Shown here piece after piece: positions 49,462 to 59,239 of a DNA stretch of 64,000 bases; positions within the stretch are counted from its first letter, which is position 1, and the number at the start of each line of letters is the position of its first letter. The notes under the pieces were generated by a model that saw only the letters and a list, made by a program, of their open reading frames with translations, had not been told where the DNA came from and ran no database searches. The DNA is from an uncultured bacterium (GTDB taxonomy: Bacteria > Hydrothermota > UBA3073 > NMUJ01 > CBEVQO01), in NCBI GenBank assembly GCA_965552055.1, contig CBEVQO010000002.1, positions 384,001 to 448,000 on the forward strand. Reading direction: 5' to 3'. The position numbers and the translations under genes were made by a program.

Positions 49462-49597
49462 TAATGCGAGCGAAAGCGAGTAAGGCACTGCCTTGACCAC
49501 GCTGTGGCTTTATAAACACCCTTCCCGTAATGAATCACAAGTACCTTGAGAGGGGTGTGCACGAGGGCGGTGGGGACAGGGAGGTGGGCAAAAAATA
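49462..49597 (+). repeat. GC-rich intergenic element copy D
   Basis: taatgcgagcgaaagcgag; acaccc/gggtgt stem; ggg cggt gggg aca ggg aggt ggg caaaaaat. Confidence 0.8.
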
Positions 49598-49598
49598 T

Positions 49599-49625
49599 TT
49601 GACAAATAAATAATTTGATTAAATT
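49599..49625 (+). promoter_or_regulatory. promoter TTGACA-N15-TAAATT, apparently leaderless rph
   Basis: ATG 5 nt after -10. Confidence 0.75.
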
Positions 49626-49630
49626 TAGAG

Positions 49631-50344
49631 ATGAGATTCGATGGTAGAAATTATGATGAACTGAGACCCCTTGAAATCATAAAGGATTATTTAAAGGATG
49701 TTGAAGGTTCGTGTCTTATAAAACTTGGCAATACCCATGTTATCTGTACTGCTACTGTTCAATCAGGTGCGCCGAAATTTGCGAAGGACCAGGGTATTGG
49801 CTGGGTTACCGCGGAATACAGGATGATACCGAGAGCTGTTCCCGAGCGCCTTCCCCGTGACAAAATAAACGGAAGGTCAATAGAGATACAGAGAATTATA
49901 GGAAGGTCTTTGAGAGGAGCATGCGATTTATCTTTACTAAATGGTTATACAATATGGATTGATTGTGATGTGATACAGGCAGATGGTGGCACAAGGGTTA
50001 CTTCGATCATCGGTGGTTTTGTTGCACTTTATGATGCAATTCAACATATGTTATCACTTGGAATGATTGAAAAAAGTCCCATCAAAAAATTCATAGGCGC
50101 TGTAAGTGTGGGTATTGTGGAAGGCAAACCTATGCTTGATTTAACTTTTGAAGAAGATTCAAAAGCAGATGTTGACATGAATGTCGTAATGACCGAAAAT
50201 TATGAGATTATTGAATTACAGGCAACGGGAGAAGGAGGAACTTTAAAAGAAGAAGATTTAAAATTAATGCTTGAACTTGCCAAAAAAGGAATAAATGAAA
50301 TAATAAATAAGGAAAAAGAAGTCCTGTGGTTGAAGCGTAGTTAA
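49631..50344 (+). CDS. rph: Ribonuclease PH
   Basis: RFDGR, GWVTAEY, EIQRIIGRSLR, DCDVIQADGGTR, DVDMNVV. Confidence 0.96.
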   Translation: MRFDGRNYDELRPLEIIKDYLKDVEGSCLIKLGNTHVICTATVQSGAPKFAKDQGIGWVTAEYRMIPRAVPERLPRDKINGRSIEIQRIIGRSLRGACDLSLLNGYTIWIDCDVIQADGGTRVTSIIGGFVALYDAIQHMLSLGMIEKSPIKKFIGAVSVGIVEGKPMLDLTFEEDSKADVDMNVVMTENYEIIELQATGEGGTLKEEDLKLMLELAKKGINEIINKEKEVLWLKRS

Positions 50345-50355
50345 TCCACCTTCAA

Positions 50356-51312
50356 ATGCCTCTAATAGTTTTTGAAAGAAAAGTTCGTGCTGGTGCAGGA
50401 ATGCGTCTTGACAAATATTTACATCAAGTAGGACTCGGACTCTCTCGTACACAAATCCAGAAATTAATAGAAGAAGGCAAAGTACTGGTAAATGGCAGAC
50501 CTGTAAAACCCAGTTATACTTTGAAAAGAGGAGATGAAATTTATGCAGAATACGAAAGAAAAGAACCTTTAAAGATAGAACCTGAACCCATTCCCCTTGA
50601 TATAATTTATGAAGATGATTACATAGTAGTTGTGAACAAGCCTGCTGGTATGGTTACGCACCCTGCGCCCGGCAATCTACGTGGCACCCTTGTAAATGCG
50701 CTTTTACATCACTGCGGCTTGGCAAAAGCAGATAGTATCGCAAGACCAGGCGTAGTCCATAGACTTGATAAAGACACATCGGGAGTTATTGTTTTCGCAA
50801 AAGAAAAGATTGCCTTATCAAATCTTGCAGAACAACTGCAAAAAAGAAGAATGAAAAAAGAATATTTAACATTTGTATGGGGAAATTTGCCACTGGATAA
50901 AGGAATAATCGATGCTCCGATTGGCAGGGATTTTATCGATAGGAAAAAAATGGCAGTAACACCTCTTTTATCCAAAGATGCTATTACCGAATATTTTGTT
51001 GAAAAGCGTTATAAATACATAACATTTGCGAGGGTGCATATTTTAACAGGCAGGACACATCAAATAAGGGTACACATGGCGCACATAGGGCATCCTGTTG
51101 TGGGTGACGAAACTTATCAGGGTAGACAGCGCTTATCGGGTATACCCCATGAATTTTTCGAAAAGGTTTTAGAAATTATGCAAAGACAGGCGTTGCATTC
51201 ACATAAACTTGGTTTTGAACATCCTGTTACAAAAAAATGGATGGAATTTGAAGCTCCTCTTCCAGAAGACATGAGAAACTTAAAAGAGTTTTTGGAGGCA
51301 CAAATTAATTGA
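50356..51312 (+). CDS. rluD: RluA/RluD-family pseudouridine synthase
   Basis: S4 domain RLDKYL, NKPAGMVTHP, HRLDKDTSG, GRTHQIRVH, QALH. Confidence 0.9.
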   Translation: MPLIVFERKVRAGAGMRLDKYLHQVGLGLSRTQIQKLIEEGKVLVNGRPVKPSYTLKRGDEIYAEYERKEPLKIEPEPIPLDIIYEDDYIVVVNKPAGMVTHPAPGNLRGTLVNALLHHCGLAKADSIARPGVVHRLDKDTSGVIVFAKEKIALSNLAEQLQKRRMKKEYLTFVWGNLPLDKGIIDAPIGRDFIDRKKMAVTPLLSKDAITEYFVEKRYKYITFARVHILTGRTHQIRVHMAHIGHPVVGDETYQGRQRLSGIPHEFFEKVLEIMQRQALHSHKLGFEHPVTKKWMEFEAPLPEDMRNLKEFLEAQIN

Positions 51313-51335
51313 CAAAACTGTAAATCGATTATAAT
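51309..51335 (+). promoter_or_regulatory. promoter TTGACA-N15-TATAAT, short leader with SD AAGGAGG
   Basis: Perfect hexamers; heads the lipoate-carrier operon. Confidence 0.8.
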
Positions 51336-51354
51336 GGGCTAAAAAGGAGGGATT

Positions 51355-51774
51355 ATGGCAAGGATTGAGGACTATGAATTGCCGGATGACCTTTATTACC
51401 ATAAAGAGCATTTCTGGGTAAGAGTAGAAGACAAAAAAGCTGTTGTGGGCTTTACTGACTTTGCTCAAAAAATGGCAGGTGAGATTAGTTTCGTAGAATT
51501 GCCCGAAGTTGACCAGGATGTACAAAAAGACGAAGTAATAGGTTCAATCGAAACAGGTAAATGGCTTGGAAAAATTTACGCACCACTATCTGGTACAATC
51601 ACAAGAGTAAATGAAGAGTTAGAGGACGAACCCACTCTCATAAACGAAGACCCATACGGTAGAGGATGGCTGTTTGAAATGGAAATAACAAATCCAGATG
51701 AACTTAAAGAATTATATAAAGGAGAAAAAGCTGTTGAATGGCTTAAGGAAGAAATCAAAAAATATAAAAAATAG
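51355..51774 (+). CDS. GcvH-like lipoyl-carrier protein (LbpA-type)
   Basis: EHFWV, GFTDFAQ, lipoyl-Lys in IETGKW, NEDPYGRGW. Confidence 0.88.
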   Translation: MARIEDYELPDDLYYHKEHFWVRVEDKKAVVGFTDFAQKMAGEISFVELPEVDQDVQKDEVIGSIETGKWLGKIYAPLSGTITRVNEELEDEPTLINEDPYGRGWLFEMEITNPDELKELYKGEKAVEWLKEEIKKYKK

Positions 51775-51778
51775 CAAG

Positions 51779-52822
51779 ATGTATTTGTTTAACCTCGGAT
51801 ATCTCGAAGGTTTTGATTCCATGACAGTTTTCCATGCTCTTGCGCGTCTCGGAATAGAAGGATTGTGCATCTGTTCACCTGCATCGCCTCAAATAAGTAT
51901 AGGATACTTTCAGGATGCGGAAAAAGAAATAGACCTTGAAATGTGCAAAAAACTTGGCTTACCTTATATGCGTAGAGAAGTGGGAGGAGGTGCGACTTAT
52001 CTTGACCAAAATCAAATTTTTTATCAAGTTATCCTGAAAAAAGACAATCCATTATTCACAAGAGATGTTTCAAAACTTTTTGAAACTTTTTCCCAGCCTG
52101 TGTGTGAAATGTATAAAGAATTTGGCATAAAGGCACAATTTAAACCCATTAATGACATTGTAACTGCAGAAGGTCGCAAAATATCAGGCGAAGGCGTTGG
52201 AGATATTGGAGAATGCATAGTATTCGTGGGAGGTGTCCTTCTTGATTTTAATTATGACACAATGGTGAAAATCTTAAAAGTACCTGACGAAAAATTTAGA
52301 GATAAAATTTACAAATCTATGAAAGAATATCTCACAACGATGAAAAAAGAATTAGGTGAAATACCAGATAGAGAGGAAATTGTAAAAGTATTAATTGAAA
52401 AATTTGAAAATCTACTCGGAAAACTAACACCTGCAAAATTAACTCCTGAAATTTATCAAAAAATGAAAGAAGTTGAAAAATATTTAACATCTCCCGAAAT
52501 GATTTATAAAAAGACGATGAAAAGATTTGAAGGAGTAAAAATCAAAGGCGGTGTTGAAATTATCTGGGGACTTCACAAAGCAAAAGGCGGACTCATAAGG
52601 ACAGCACAGGAAGTAAAGGAAGAAAAAATCGAAGATGTTGAAATAACAGGAGATTTTACTTGTTATCCAAAGGAAGGATTACAAAAGATTGAAGAAAATG
52701 TTAAAGGTGTGAAGAGAAAAAGAGAAAAAGTAATGGAGAAAATAGAAGAAGCAAAAGAAAAAGGAAAAATTCAAACACCCGGAGTTGAAGTAGAAGATTT
52801 TGCTATAGCTTTAAAATTATGA
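51779..52822 (+). CDS. Lipoate-protein ligase with C-terminal accessory domain
   Basis: SIGYFQ, RREVGGGATY, NDI..EGRKISG, HKAKGGLIR, ITGDF. Start at ATG 51779. Confidence 0.9.
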   Translation: MYLFNLGYLEGFDSMTVFHALARLGIEGLCICSPASPQISIGYFQDAEKEIDLEMCKKLGLPYMRREVGGGATYLDQNQIFYQVILKKDNPLFTRDVSKLFETFSQPVCEMYKEFGIKAQFKPINDIVTAEGRKISGEGVGDIGECIVFVGGVLLDFNYDTMVKILKVPDEKFRDKIYKSMKEYLTTMKKELGEIPDREEIVKVLIEKFENLLGKLTPAKLTPEIYQKMKEVEKYLTSPEMIYKKTMKRFEGVKIKGGVEIIWGLHKAKGGLIRTAQEVKEEKIEDVEITGDFTCYPKEGLQKIEENVKGVKRKREKVMEKIEEAKEKGKIQTPGVEVEDFAIALKL

Positions 52823-53517
52823 TAGGGGTATTTTTTGGATGCACAACAAGGTCCAATGAATATTTGGATGCCAATCTCAACACTTTTCTTAAAAAGATAA
52901 AGATTAGTTTTTTACCACTTGGCAGAGAGTTATGCTGTGGTGCTCCTCTCCATCTCGCAGGCACAGAGCATGATTTCAAAGAACAGGCAAAAAAAGTAAA
53001 AGAAGAAATTGAAAAACAAAAATTAAATTTAATAATCACAACATGTCCTCATTGTTTTACAACTCTAAAATATGAATATTCGAAAATTGGAATTCAGTTA
53101 GAAAAAGAAGTTTTACATATCACCCAGTTTATTAAAAAAATGATAGATGAAGGAAACCTGATTTTCCAGAAAAAATTGAATAAAAAAATATTATATCACG
53201 ACCCATGCTATATCGGGAGGCAGAGTGAAGGTATTTTTGACGAACCAAGAGAAATCTTACGAAAAGCAGGCTATGAGATAGTGGAATTTGATTTAAACAG
53301 AGACAACTCTATTTGTTGTGGCGGAGGAGGTTTATTGCGCGCTTATTTACCAAAGTTATCGGTTGAGGTATCAAAAGAAAAATTAATAACTTATGGTAAA
53401 GAAGCCGATTTTGTAACAGCTCCCTGTCCTTTTTGCTATCAAAATCTAAAAGAAGGTGCAGAAGGTTTAAATTATGAGGTTAAAGATTTTATCGAAATTT
53501 TGCTGGAAGCATTATGA
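52819..53517 (+). CDS. CCG-domain Fe-S protein (HdrD/GlpC-like)
   Basis: FFGC, CCG, TCPHC, YHDPCY, CCGGGG, CPFC. Confidence 0.88.
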   Translation: MIGVFFGCTTRSNEYLDANLNTFLKKIKISFLPLGRELCCGAPLHLAGTEHDFKEQAKKVKEEIEKQKLNLIITTCPHCFTTLKYEYSKIGIQLEKEVLHITQFIKKMIDEGNLIFQKKLNKKILYHDPCYIGRQSEGIFDEPREILRKAGYEIVEFDLNRDNSICCGGGGLLRAYLPKLSVEVSKEKLITYGKEADFVTAPCPFCYQNLKEGAEGLNYEVKDFIEILLEAL

Positions 53518-54764
53518 AAAAGTTCACAGAATATAAAAAACAGATTTATAAAGTTATAAAAGATGAGTTTACACGAACGGCTTTAAGACGGGCGGTATCG
53601 TCTTTTAGAAAAGCACGCGATGAAGCTCTAAAAATGTTCCCCTATGTCGAAGAAGAAAGAAAAAAATTGAGAGAAATAAAAGAAAAAGTATTGTCAAACC
53701 TCGAATATTGGATTGACAAAGTAATGGAAATTGCAAAGAAGAATAAAGTCAATGTTTATTTTGCAAAAAATTCATGTGAAGCCCTTGAAATAATTAAAAA
53801 TATCGTTGGTAATGGGAAACGAATAGTAAAGTCAAAATCCATAACCTCAGAAGAACTTGAACTAAACAAGTATCTCGAAGAATGGGGAAATGAAGTTTAT
53901 GAAACGGATTTGGGCGAATTCATAGTGCAGTTGTTGAAATCCCGTCCGATGCATATTCTTACGCCTGCTGTTAATGTACCAAAAGAAAAAGTTGCAGAAT
54001 TATTTTCAAAAGTAGCAGGAAAAGATTTGCCATCCGACCCTGTAAAGCTTACTCTTTTTGCACGCGAATATTTGCGTGATAAATTTATAACTGCAGATGT
54101 TGGAATCAGCGGTGCAAATGTTATAACAGCCGATACAGGTTCAGTATTTTTAATCGAAAATGAAGGTAATATAAGATTTGTTACAAATGCTCCTCCTGTT
54201 CATATTGTCCTTTGTGGTGTTGAAAAGATTTTACCTACTTTAAGGGATGGTATGCTCTTTGTTGAAGTTATCTCACGCTATGCCGGTTACCCTGCAATGA
54301 CCTATGTATCCATAATTTCCGGTCCTTCAAAAACTGGTGATATCGAGAAAACGGTCGTTTACGGTGCTCATGGTCCCCGTGAATTACATATAATTTTACT
54401 TGATAACGGTAGATGTGAAGTTGCGAAAAATGATGATTTGAGAGAATTTTTACTTTGTGCAAGATGCGGTGCATGTATGTACGAATGCGCAGTATATCCT
54501 ATAACAACAGGATACTGGGGATATAGATACATGGGAGGAATTGGTATCCCATGGACAGCATTTATAGCAGGAGGTCTCGAAGAAGCTGCTCCACTTGCTT
54601 TCACCTGCACACTTTGTGGTAGATGTAAAAAGTATTGCCCAATGGAAATAGATACCCCCAAACTTGTTGAAAAAATAAGAAAAATACTTTTTGAAAAAGA
54701 TTTGATACCACCTTACATCAAAAAAATGGTAGAGGAAATCAAAGAAAAAGGTGTTCCTTATTAG
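53514..54764 (+). CDS. LUD-domain (LutB-like) Fe-S protein
   Basis: KSKSITSEE, ETDLGE, ENEGN, SGPSKTGDIE, CARCGAC...C and CTLCGRC...CP. Confidence 0.88.
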   Translation: MKKFTEYKKQIYKVIKDEFTRTALRRAVSSFRKARDEALKMFPYVEEERKKLREIKEKVLSNLEYWIDKVMEIAKKNKVNVYFAKNSCEALEIIKNIVGNGKRIVKSKSITSEELELNKYLEEWGNEVYETDLGEFIVQLLKSRPMHILTPAVNVPKEKVAELFSKVAGKDLPSDPVKLTLFAREYLRDKFITADVGISGANVITADTGSVFLIENEGNIRFVTNAPPVHIVLCGVEKILPTLRDGMLFVEVISRYAGYPAMTYVSIISGPSKTGDIEKTVVYGAHGPRELHIILLDNGRCEVAKNDDLREFLLCARCGACMYECAVYPITTGYWGYRYMGGIGIPWTAFIAGGLEEAAPLAFTCTLCGRCKKYCPMEIDTPKLVEKIRKILFEKDLIPPYIKKMVEEIKEKGVPY

Positions 54765-54772
54765 GGGGTAAA

Positions 54773-55861
54773 ATGGAAGAAATGATTGAAGTACCGGTTA
54801 AGAATTTAAAAGAATTCACAAAACAGTTCTTTACAGGTCTTGGATGCACCGAAGAAGATGCAGAAATTTCTGCTGATCTTCTAATAGCAGCTGACAGAAG
54901 AGGAATAAGTTCACATGGAGTCCAGCGTCTCAAAAGATATTACACTTATGTAAAAGAGGGACGTATTAAACCAAGGTACGAATTAAAAATTATAAAAGAA
55001 ACACCCAACACTCTTACAGTATCTGGAGGATTTGGTATGGGTCATCCTGTTGCTTATAAGGTTATGAAAATGGTAATAAACAAAGCAAAAGAAACTGGAA
55101 TGTGCTTTGCAACTGTAAGGGAATCAAATCACTTTGGTATAGCAGGTTATTATGCGATGATGGCGTTGCCTTACGATATGATAGGAATAGCGCTTACAAA
55201 TACCGAACCTATTGTTGTGCCTACACATGGCAGGACAGTAGCTATCGGCACCAATCCCATTTCGGTAGCTGTACCTGCTAAAGAAGAACGACCATTTGTA
55301 CTTGACATGGGCACTTCTACGGTAGTGCGTGGCAAAGTTGAAATCTATGCAAGATTAGGTAAAGAAATGCCAGGAACATGGGCTGCAAATGAAGAAGGCT
55401 ATCCAATACAAGACCCTGCAAAAGCCCTCGAAAATATAAAAAAGAGAAAAGGAGGAGGATTACTTCCTCTTGGTGGCGCAGAAGAAGAAACAGGCGGTCA
55501 TAAAGGTTATGGCCTTGCCGTTCTCGTTGATATTCTTTGTGGAGTATTATCTGGTGGTGCCTTTGGTGCACTTGTAGCGCGTGACCCAAAATCTCCACCC
55601 AACATCTGCCATTTCCTTGGCGCTATAAGAATTGACCTATTCTGTGAACCTGAGGAATTTAAAAAGAGAATGGATGAATTCATCAGAATGTTAAAAAATA
55701 CCCCAAAAGCAAAGGGAAAAGACAGAATTTGGATACACGGTGAAAAAGAGTTCGAGGCAGAGGAACGCCATAGAGAAAAAGTGCCAGTCTACCGAAATGT
55801 ATTGGACGAAATTAAAAAACTCGGAAAAGAACTTGGAGCAGATATCTCGCTTTTGCCTTAA
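54773..55861 (+). CDS. Ldh_2-family (malate/L-lactate/sulfolactate-type) dehydrogenase
   Basis: SHGVQRL, SNHFGIAGYY, GTNPIS, LDMGTS, GHKGYGL. Confidence 0.9.
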   Translation: MEEMIEVPVKNLKEFTKQFFTGLGCTEEDAEISADLLIAADRRGISSHGVQRLKRYYTYVKEGRIKPRYELKIIKETPNTLTVSGGFGMGHPVAYKVMKMVINKAKETGMCFATVRESNHFGIAGYYAMMALPYDMIGIALTNTEPIVVPTHGRTVAIGTNPISVAVPAKEERPFVLDMGTSTVVRGKVEIYARLGKEMPGTWAANEEGYPIQDPAKALENIKKRKGGGLLPLGGAEEETGGHKGYGLAVLVDILCGVLSGGAFGALVARDPKSPPNICHFLGAIRIDLFCEPEEFKKRMDEFIRMLKNTPKAKGKDRIWIHGEKEFEAEERHREKVPVYRNVLDEIKKLGKELGADISLLP

Positions 55862-55872
55862 TTTTTAACTTT

Positions 55873-56142
55873 TTATTTTCTTAAACCCAGCTCCTTTATT
55901 ATTTTTCGATATCTTTCCGGGTCTTTTTCCATCAAATATTGTAACAATCTTTTTCTCTTGTTAACCATGGCGATCAGTCCTCTTCTCGAGTGTATATCCT
56001 TTTTGTGTTGCGAGAGATGTCGTGTAAGGTTGTTGATTCTTTCTGTAAGAATCGCTATCTGCACCTCAGGTGACCCTGTATCTTTTTCGTGTAATCTAAA
56101 TTTTTCTATGAGTTCTTTTTTCCTTTCTTTTGATATCGACAT
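55873..56142 (-). CDS. rpsO: 30S ribosomal protein S15
   Basis: [28 protein letters not shown]. Confidence 0.98.
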   Translation of the reverse strand: MSISKERKKELIEKFRLHEKDTGSPEVQIAILTERINNLTRHLSQHKKDIHSRRGLIAMVNKRKRLLQYLMEKDPERYRKIIKELGLRK

Positions 56143-56151
56143 CCCTCCCTC

Positions 56152-57291
56152 CTATTTTATCCTTCTAACAGCAAGCAGCGCAATATCATCGAACAACTCC
56201 TGCCCCTCAGAAAACGCTAACACTTCATTTAATATCCCTTTTAGAAACATGTCAATATCAAATTTTGAATATTTTACTATCGCATCATAAAACCTTTTTT
56301 CTCCGAATCTTTCCTTTTTCTTATTTCTTGCATCAACAACACCATCAGTATATAAAATAATCATATCTCCCACTTCAATATTAAAATCCACAATTTCAAG
56401 GGATTTTATAAACTCATTGTGATTTACTATTCCCAGTGCCTTACCTTTGGGTCTTATAAGTTTTACTTCGTCAGCCTTATAGGGCAGGTGTATCATTGGT
56501 TTATGACCTGCATTTGCGTAAGTTATTTTATGATATTCCTGCTCCAAAACTCCATATCCCATTGTTACGAACATAAAAGGTGGAATATCCGAAAGTAACT
56601 TTCTATTCAAACCATCTAACAATTCTTTTATGTTTTGCGGATTTCTTGCATAGTATAGGATAAGTGCCCTAACTTCTGACATTACTAGAGTTGCAGGAAT
56701 TCCTTTACCGCTCACATCTGCGATGACAAGTCCATAAAGATTATCCTGAAAAGGTATAATGGCACAATAATCTCCTCCTACTTTTTCTGCCGGAAAAACA
56801 ACAGCATTCGCCTCATAATATTCATTTTGCAGTTTATATTTCGGCAAAAATGTATCCTGAATCCTGCGAGCAACTTCCATCTCGTGCTTTAACCTCTCTG
56901 CTTCTCTTATATCATGCAACATCTTCCTGACATCCTTTATCGTCTGATCAAACATCTTCGAAATATACCCTACTTCATCACGAGATGCCACTTCTACAGA
57001 ACGGGAAATGTCACCCAGGGCAACACGCTTTACGCTCTCCCTTAAATAACGCAATGGCTTCGTTATAAGCCTCAAAGAAGGATACGATAAGCCATAAAGA
57101 AAAAGGATACTTAAAAATAGAGCCCAGTTATAAAAAAAATCCAACAGAAAAATATAAAGTAACAAAAGTGAAAACCCAACATATATCCTTATTTTAAACT
57201 CAAGGGTAAATTCTTTTTCTCTCAAACATTTAAAATACTCAATAGCCAGTGCTATCACTATTACAATTGCAGGGATAAATTTCTCCATCAC
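56152..57291 (-). CDS. Membrane HAMP plus SpoIIE/PP2C phosphatase
   Basis: VGGDY, IADVSGKG, NAGH, YTDG, DDIAL; HAMP RDEVG. Confidence 0.9.
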   Translation of the reverse strand: MMEKFIPAIVIVIALAIEYFKCLREKEFTLEFKIRIYVGFSLLLLYIFLLDFFYNWALFLSILFLYGLSYPSLRLITKPLRYLRESVKRVALGDISRSVEVASRDEVGYISKMFDQTIKDVRKMLHDIREAERLKHEMEVARRIQDTFLPKYKLQNEYYEANAVVFPAEKVGGDYCAIIPFQDNLYGLVIADVSGKGIPATLVMSEVRALILYYARNPQNIKELLDGLNRKLLSDIPPFMFVTMGYGVLEQEYHKITYANAGHKPMIHLPYKADEVKLIRPKGKALGIVNHNEFIKSLEIVDFNIEVGDMIILYTDGVVDARNKKKERFGEKRFYDAIVKYSKFDIDMFLKGILNEVLAFSEGQELFDDIALLAVRRIK

Positions 57292-58436
57292 ATTTTCGCA
57301 TAAGGTAAAAATAATCTTTCGTATTCATCCTGTGCAAATCTATCTGTCATTCCAGCGATATAATCACATACTATCTGCTCAGGTGGAGCATCACCGCATC
57401 TCTTCTTAAAATCAGGTGGAATTTGCCTCATATCCGAAAGATAGGTCGTAAAAAGAGCTTTAACATAACGCTTCGCTTTATTCTGCATCTTTACAACCTT
57501 ATAATGAGTATACAAATTTTCGTATAAAAATTTCTTTAACTCATTTTGATACTCTGCCATATCTTTGCTAAATTCCACAAGAGGCGGCAATTCTCTTACC
57601 TTTTCAACAGAATCTACATTATGTTTTTCGATATTCCTAAGAGTAGTATTTATCACATCCTCAATTTGAGCAGAAATGAGTTTTCTTAAAGTTTTCCGAA
57701 TACAAAGTTCAATATCTTTCCCTTTAAGTTCCTTTTTAACTTCATCAAAAATTTCTTTCCAGATTTTTACTTCCTCCAGTTGTTCAAGTTCGATGTAGCC
57801 CGATTTCAATCCATCATCTATATCATGGACATTATATGCGATTTCATCTGCAAGATTTATAATTTGTGCTTCTATCGTTGGCGATTTATCAGGTTCAAAT
57901 TCTTTTAATTGAGATATATCCGGCTTATCATAAACAGTTACATGTTTAACAATTCCTTCTCTTACTTCAAAAGTAAGATTAAGTCCATGGAAATCGGGAT
58001 AACGATATTCGAGCACATCCACTACTCTTAATCCCTGCAAATTATGTTCAAAACCATTTGGCATAAGCTCGTTTAATGCTTCTTCACCAGCATGTCCAAA
58101 AGGTGGATGTCCTATATCATGTGCAAGTGCTATGGCTTCGGTAAGGTCTTCATTAACCCTGAGTGCACGCGCAATAGTGCGAGCAATTTGAGCAACCTCA
58201 ATCGTATGCGTTAACCTTGTCCTGTAATAATCACCTTCATGATTGACAAAAACCTGTGTTTTATATTCCATGCGCCTGAAAGCTGTGGAATGTATTATTC
58301 TGTCCCTATCTCTCTGATAACATGTCCTGTATTCATATTCTTCTTCGGGATATTTTCTCCCCCTAGAATATTTAGCTTTCATAGCATAGGGAGCCAGAAC
58401 CTTTTCTTCTAAATTAAGTAATTCTTTGGAGGTCAT
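57288..58436 (-). CDS. dgt: Deoxyguanosinetriphosphate triphosphohydrolase-like protein
   Basis: RDRDRIIHS, RTRLTH, AHDIGHPPFGHAGE, DYIAGMTD. Confidence 0.93.
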   Translation of the reverse strand: MTSKELLNLEEKVLAPYAMKAKYSRGRKYPEEEYEYRTCYQRDRDRIIHSTAFRRMEYKTQVFVNHEGDYYRTRLTHTIEVAQIARTIARALRVNEDLTEAIALAHDIGHPPFGHAGEEALNELMPNGFEHNLQGLRVVDVLEYRYPDFHGLNLTFEVREGIVKHVTVYDKPDISQLKEFEPDKSPTIEAQIINLADEIAYNVHDIDDGLKSGYIELEQLEEVKIWKEIFDEVKKELKGKDIELCIRKTLRKLISAQIEDVINTTLRNIEKHNVDSVEKVRELPPLVEFSKDMAEYQNELKKFLYENLYTHYKVVKMQNKAKRYVKALFTTYLSDMRQIPPDFKKRCGDAPPEQIVCDYIAGMTDRFAQDEYERLFLPYAKM

Positions 58437-59239
58437 ATTGATAAAGCCTCACAAATAAGCTCTGTAAAATATTTTACCTCTATACCTGTGAAATCTGGAT
58501 AGTTTTCCTTTATAAAATCCTGAAAGTTCTTAAGATTATAATGGCAAAGCGGACAGGAGGTTATCAAAATTTCTCCTCCCCTATCTATTGCGGATTTAAG
58601 TATCTTGTGAGCCCTCTCAATAACGAATTCCTTTTCATTTACAACCTGATAACTTCCGCAACATTCATTCATAAATGGAAACTCAACGGGCTCACCGCCT
58701 ATTGCTTTTATTAAATCGGATAATATATGGGGATTCTCAGGGTCATCAAGCGCTGCTTCTTCGGGACGCAAAAGCATACATCCATAATAAGGTGCCACTT
58801 TCTTACCTATCTTTTTCTTCACCATTTGCCCCAATTTATCGAAACCAAATTCTTTTAACAAATGAAGACCATGAATTACCTCAACACCTCCATCATATTT
58901 CGTTTCCTCTTCATACATCAAATCGTTTATCTTATCCATCTTTTCTTTATCTCTTTTCACAAGTAAATCAACTCTTTTAAGGGTGTTGTAACACATAGAG
59001 CACATACACAAAATCTTATCTGCCCCTTCTTCCTTTGCTCTTATCAAATTTCTGAAAGACGCAACATGAAACATAACATTATCAGAAGCAAGTGAATAAA
59101 CTGTTCCACAACAATTCCATCTATCGAGTTCTTTTATGTCGTATCCTAAATACTTAAAGAGTTTTTTCGAAGTCTCATCAAATTCTTTCGCATCTGATTT
59201 TAAGGTGCATCCAGGATAATATAAAATCTTCTCACTCAT
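58433..59239 (-). CDS. hdrB: Heterodisulfide reductase subunit B-like protein
   Basis: YYPGC, WNCCG, CSMC, YYGCMLLRP, ECCG, CPLC. Confidence 0.88.
   Translation of the reverse strand: MSEKILYYPGCTLKSDAKEFDETSKKLFKYLGYDIKELDRWNCCGTVYSLASDNVMFHVASFRNLIRAKEEGADKILCMCSMCYNTLKRVDLLVKRDKEKMDKINDLMYEEETKYDGGVEVIHGLHLLKEFGFDKLGQMVKKKIGKKVAPYYGCMLLRPEEAALDDPENPHILSDLIKAIGGEPVEFPFMNECCGSYQVVNEKEFVIERAHKILKSAIDRGGEILITSCPLCHYNLKNFQDFIKENYPDFTGIEVKYFTELICEALSI

Noticed and set aside
19543..49597. The GC-rich repeats as integron attC sites or a CRISPR array
   Set aside because: They are dispersed rather than regularly spaced, have no consistent RYYYAAC/GTTRRRY ends, and there is no intI or cas gene in the window.
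51355..51774. Calling the carrier gcvH of a glycine cleavage system
   Set aside because: ETGKW lipoyl motif and no gcvT/gcvP in the window; symbol withheld.
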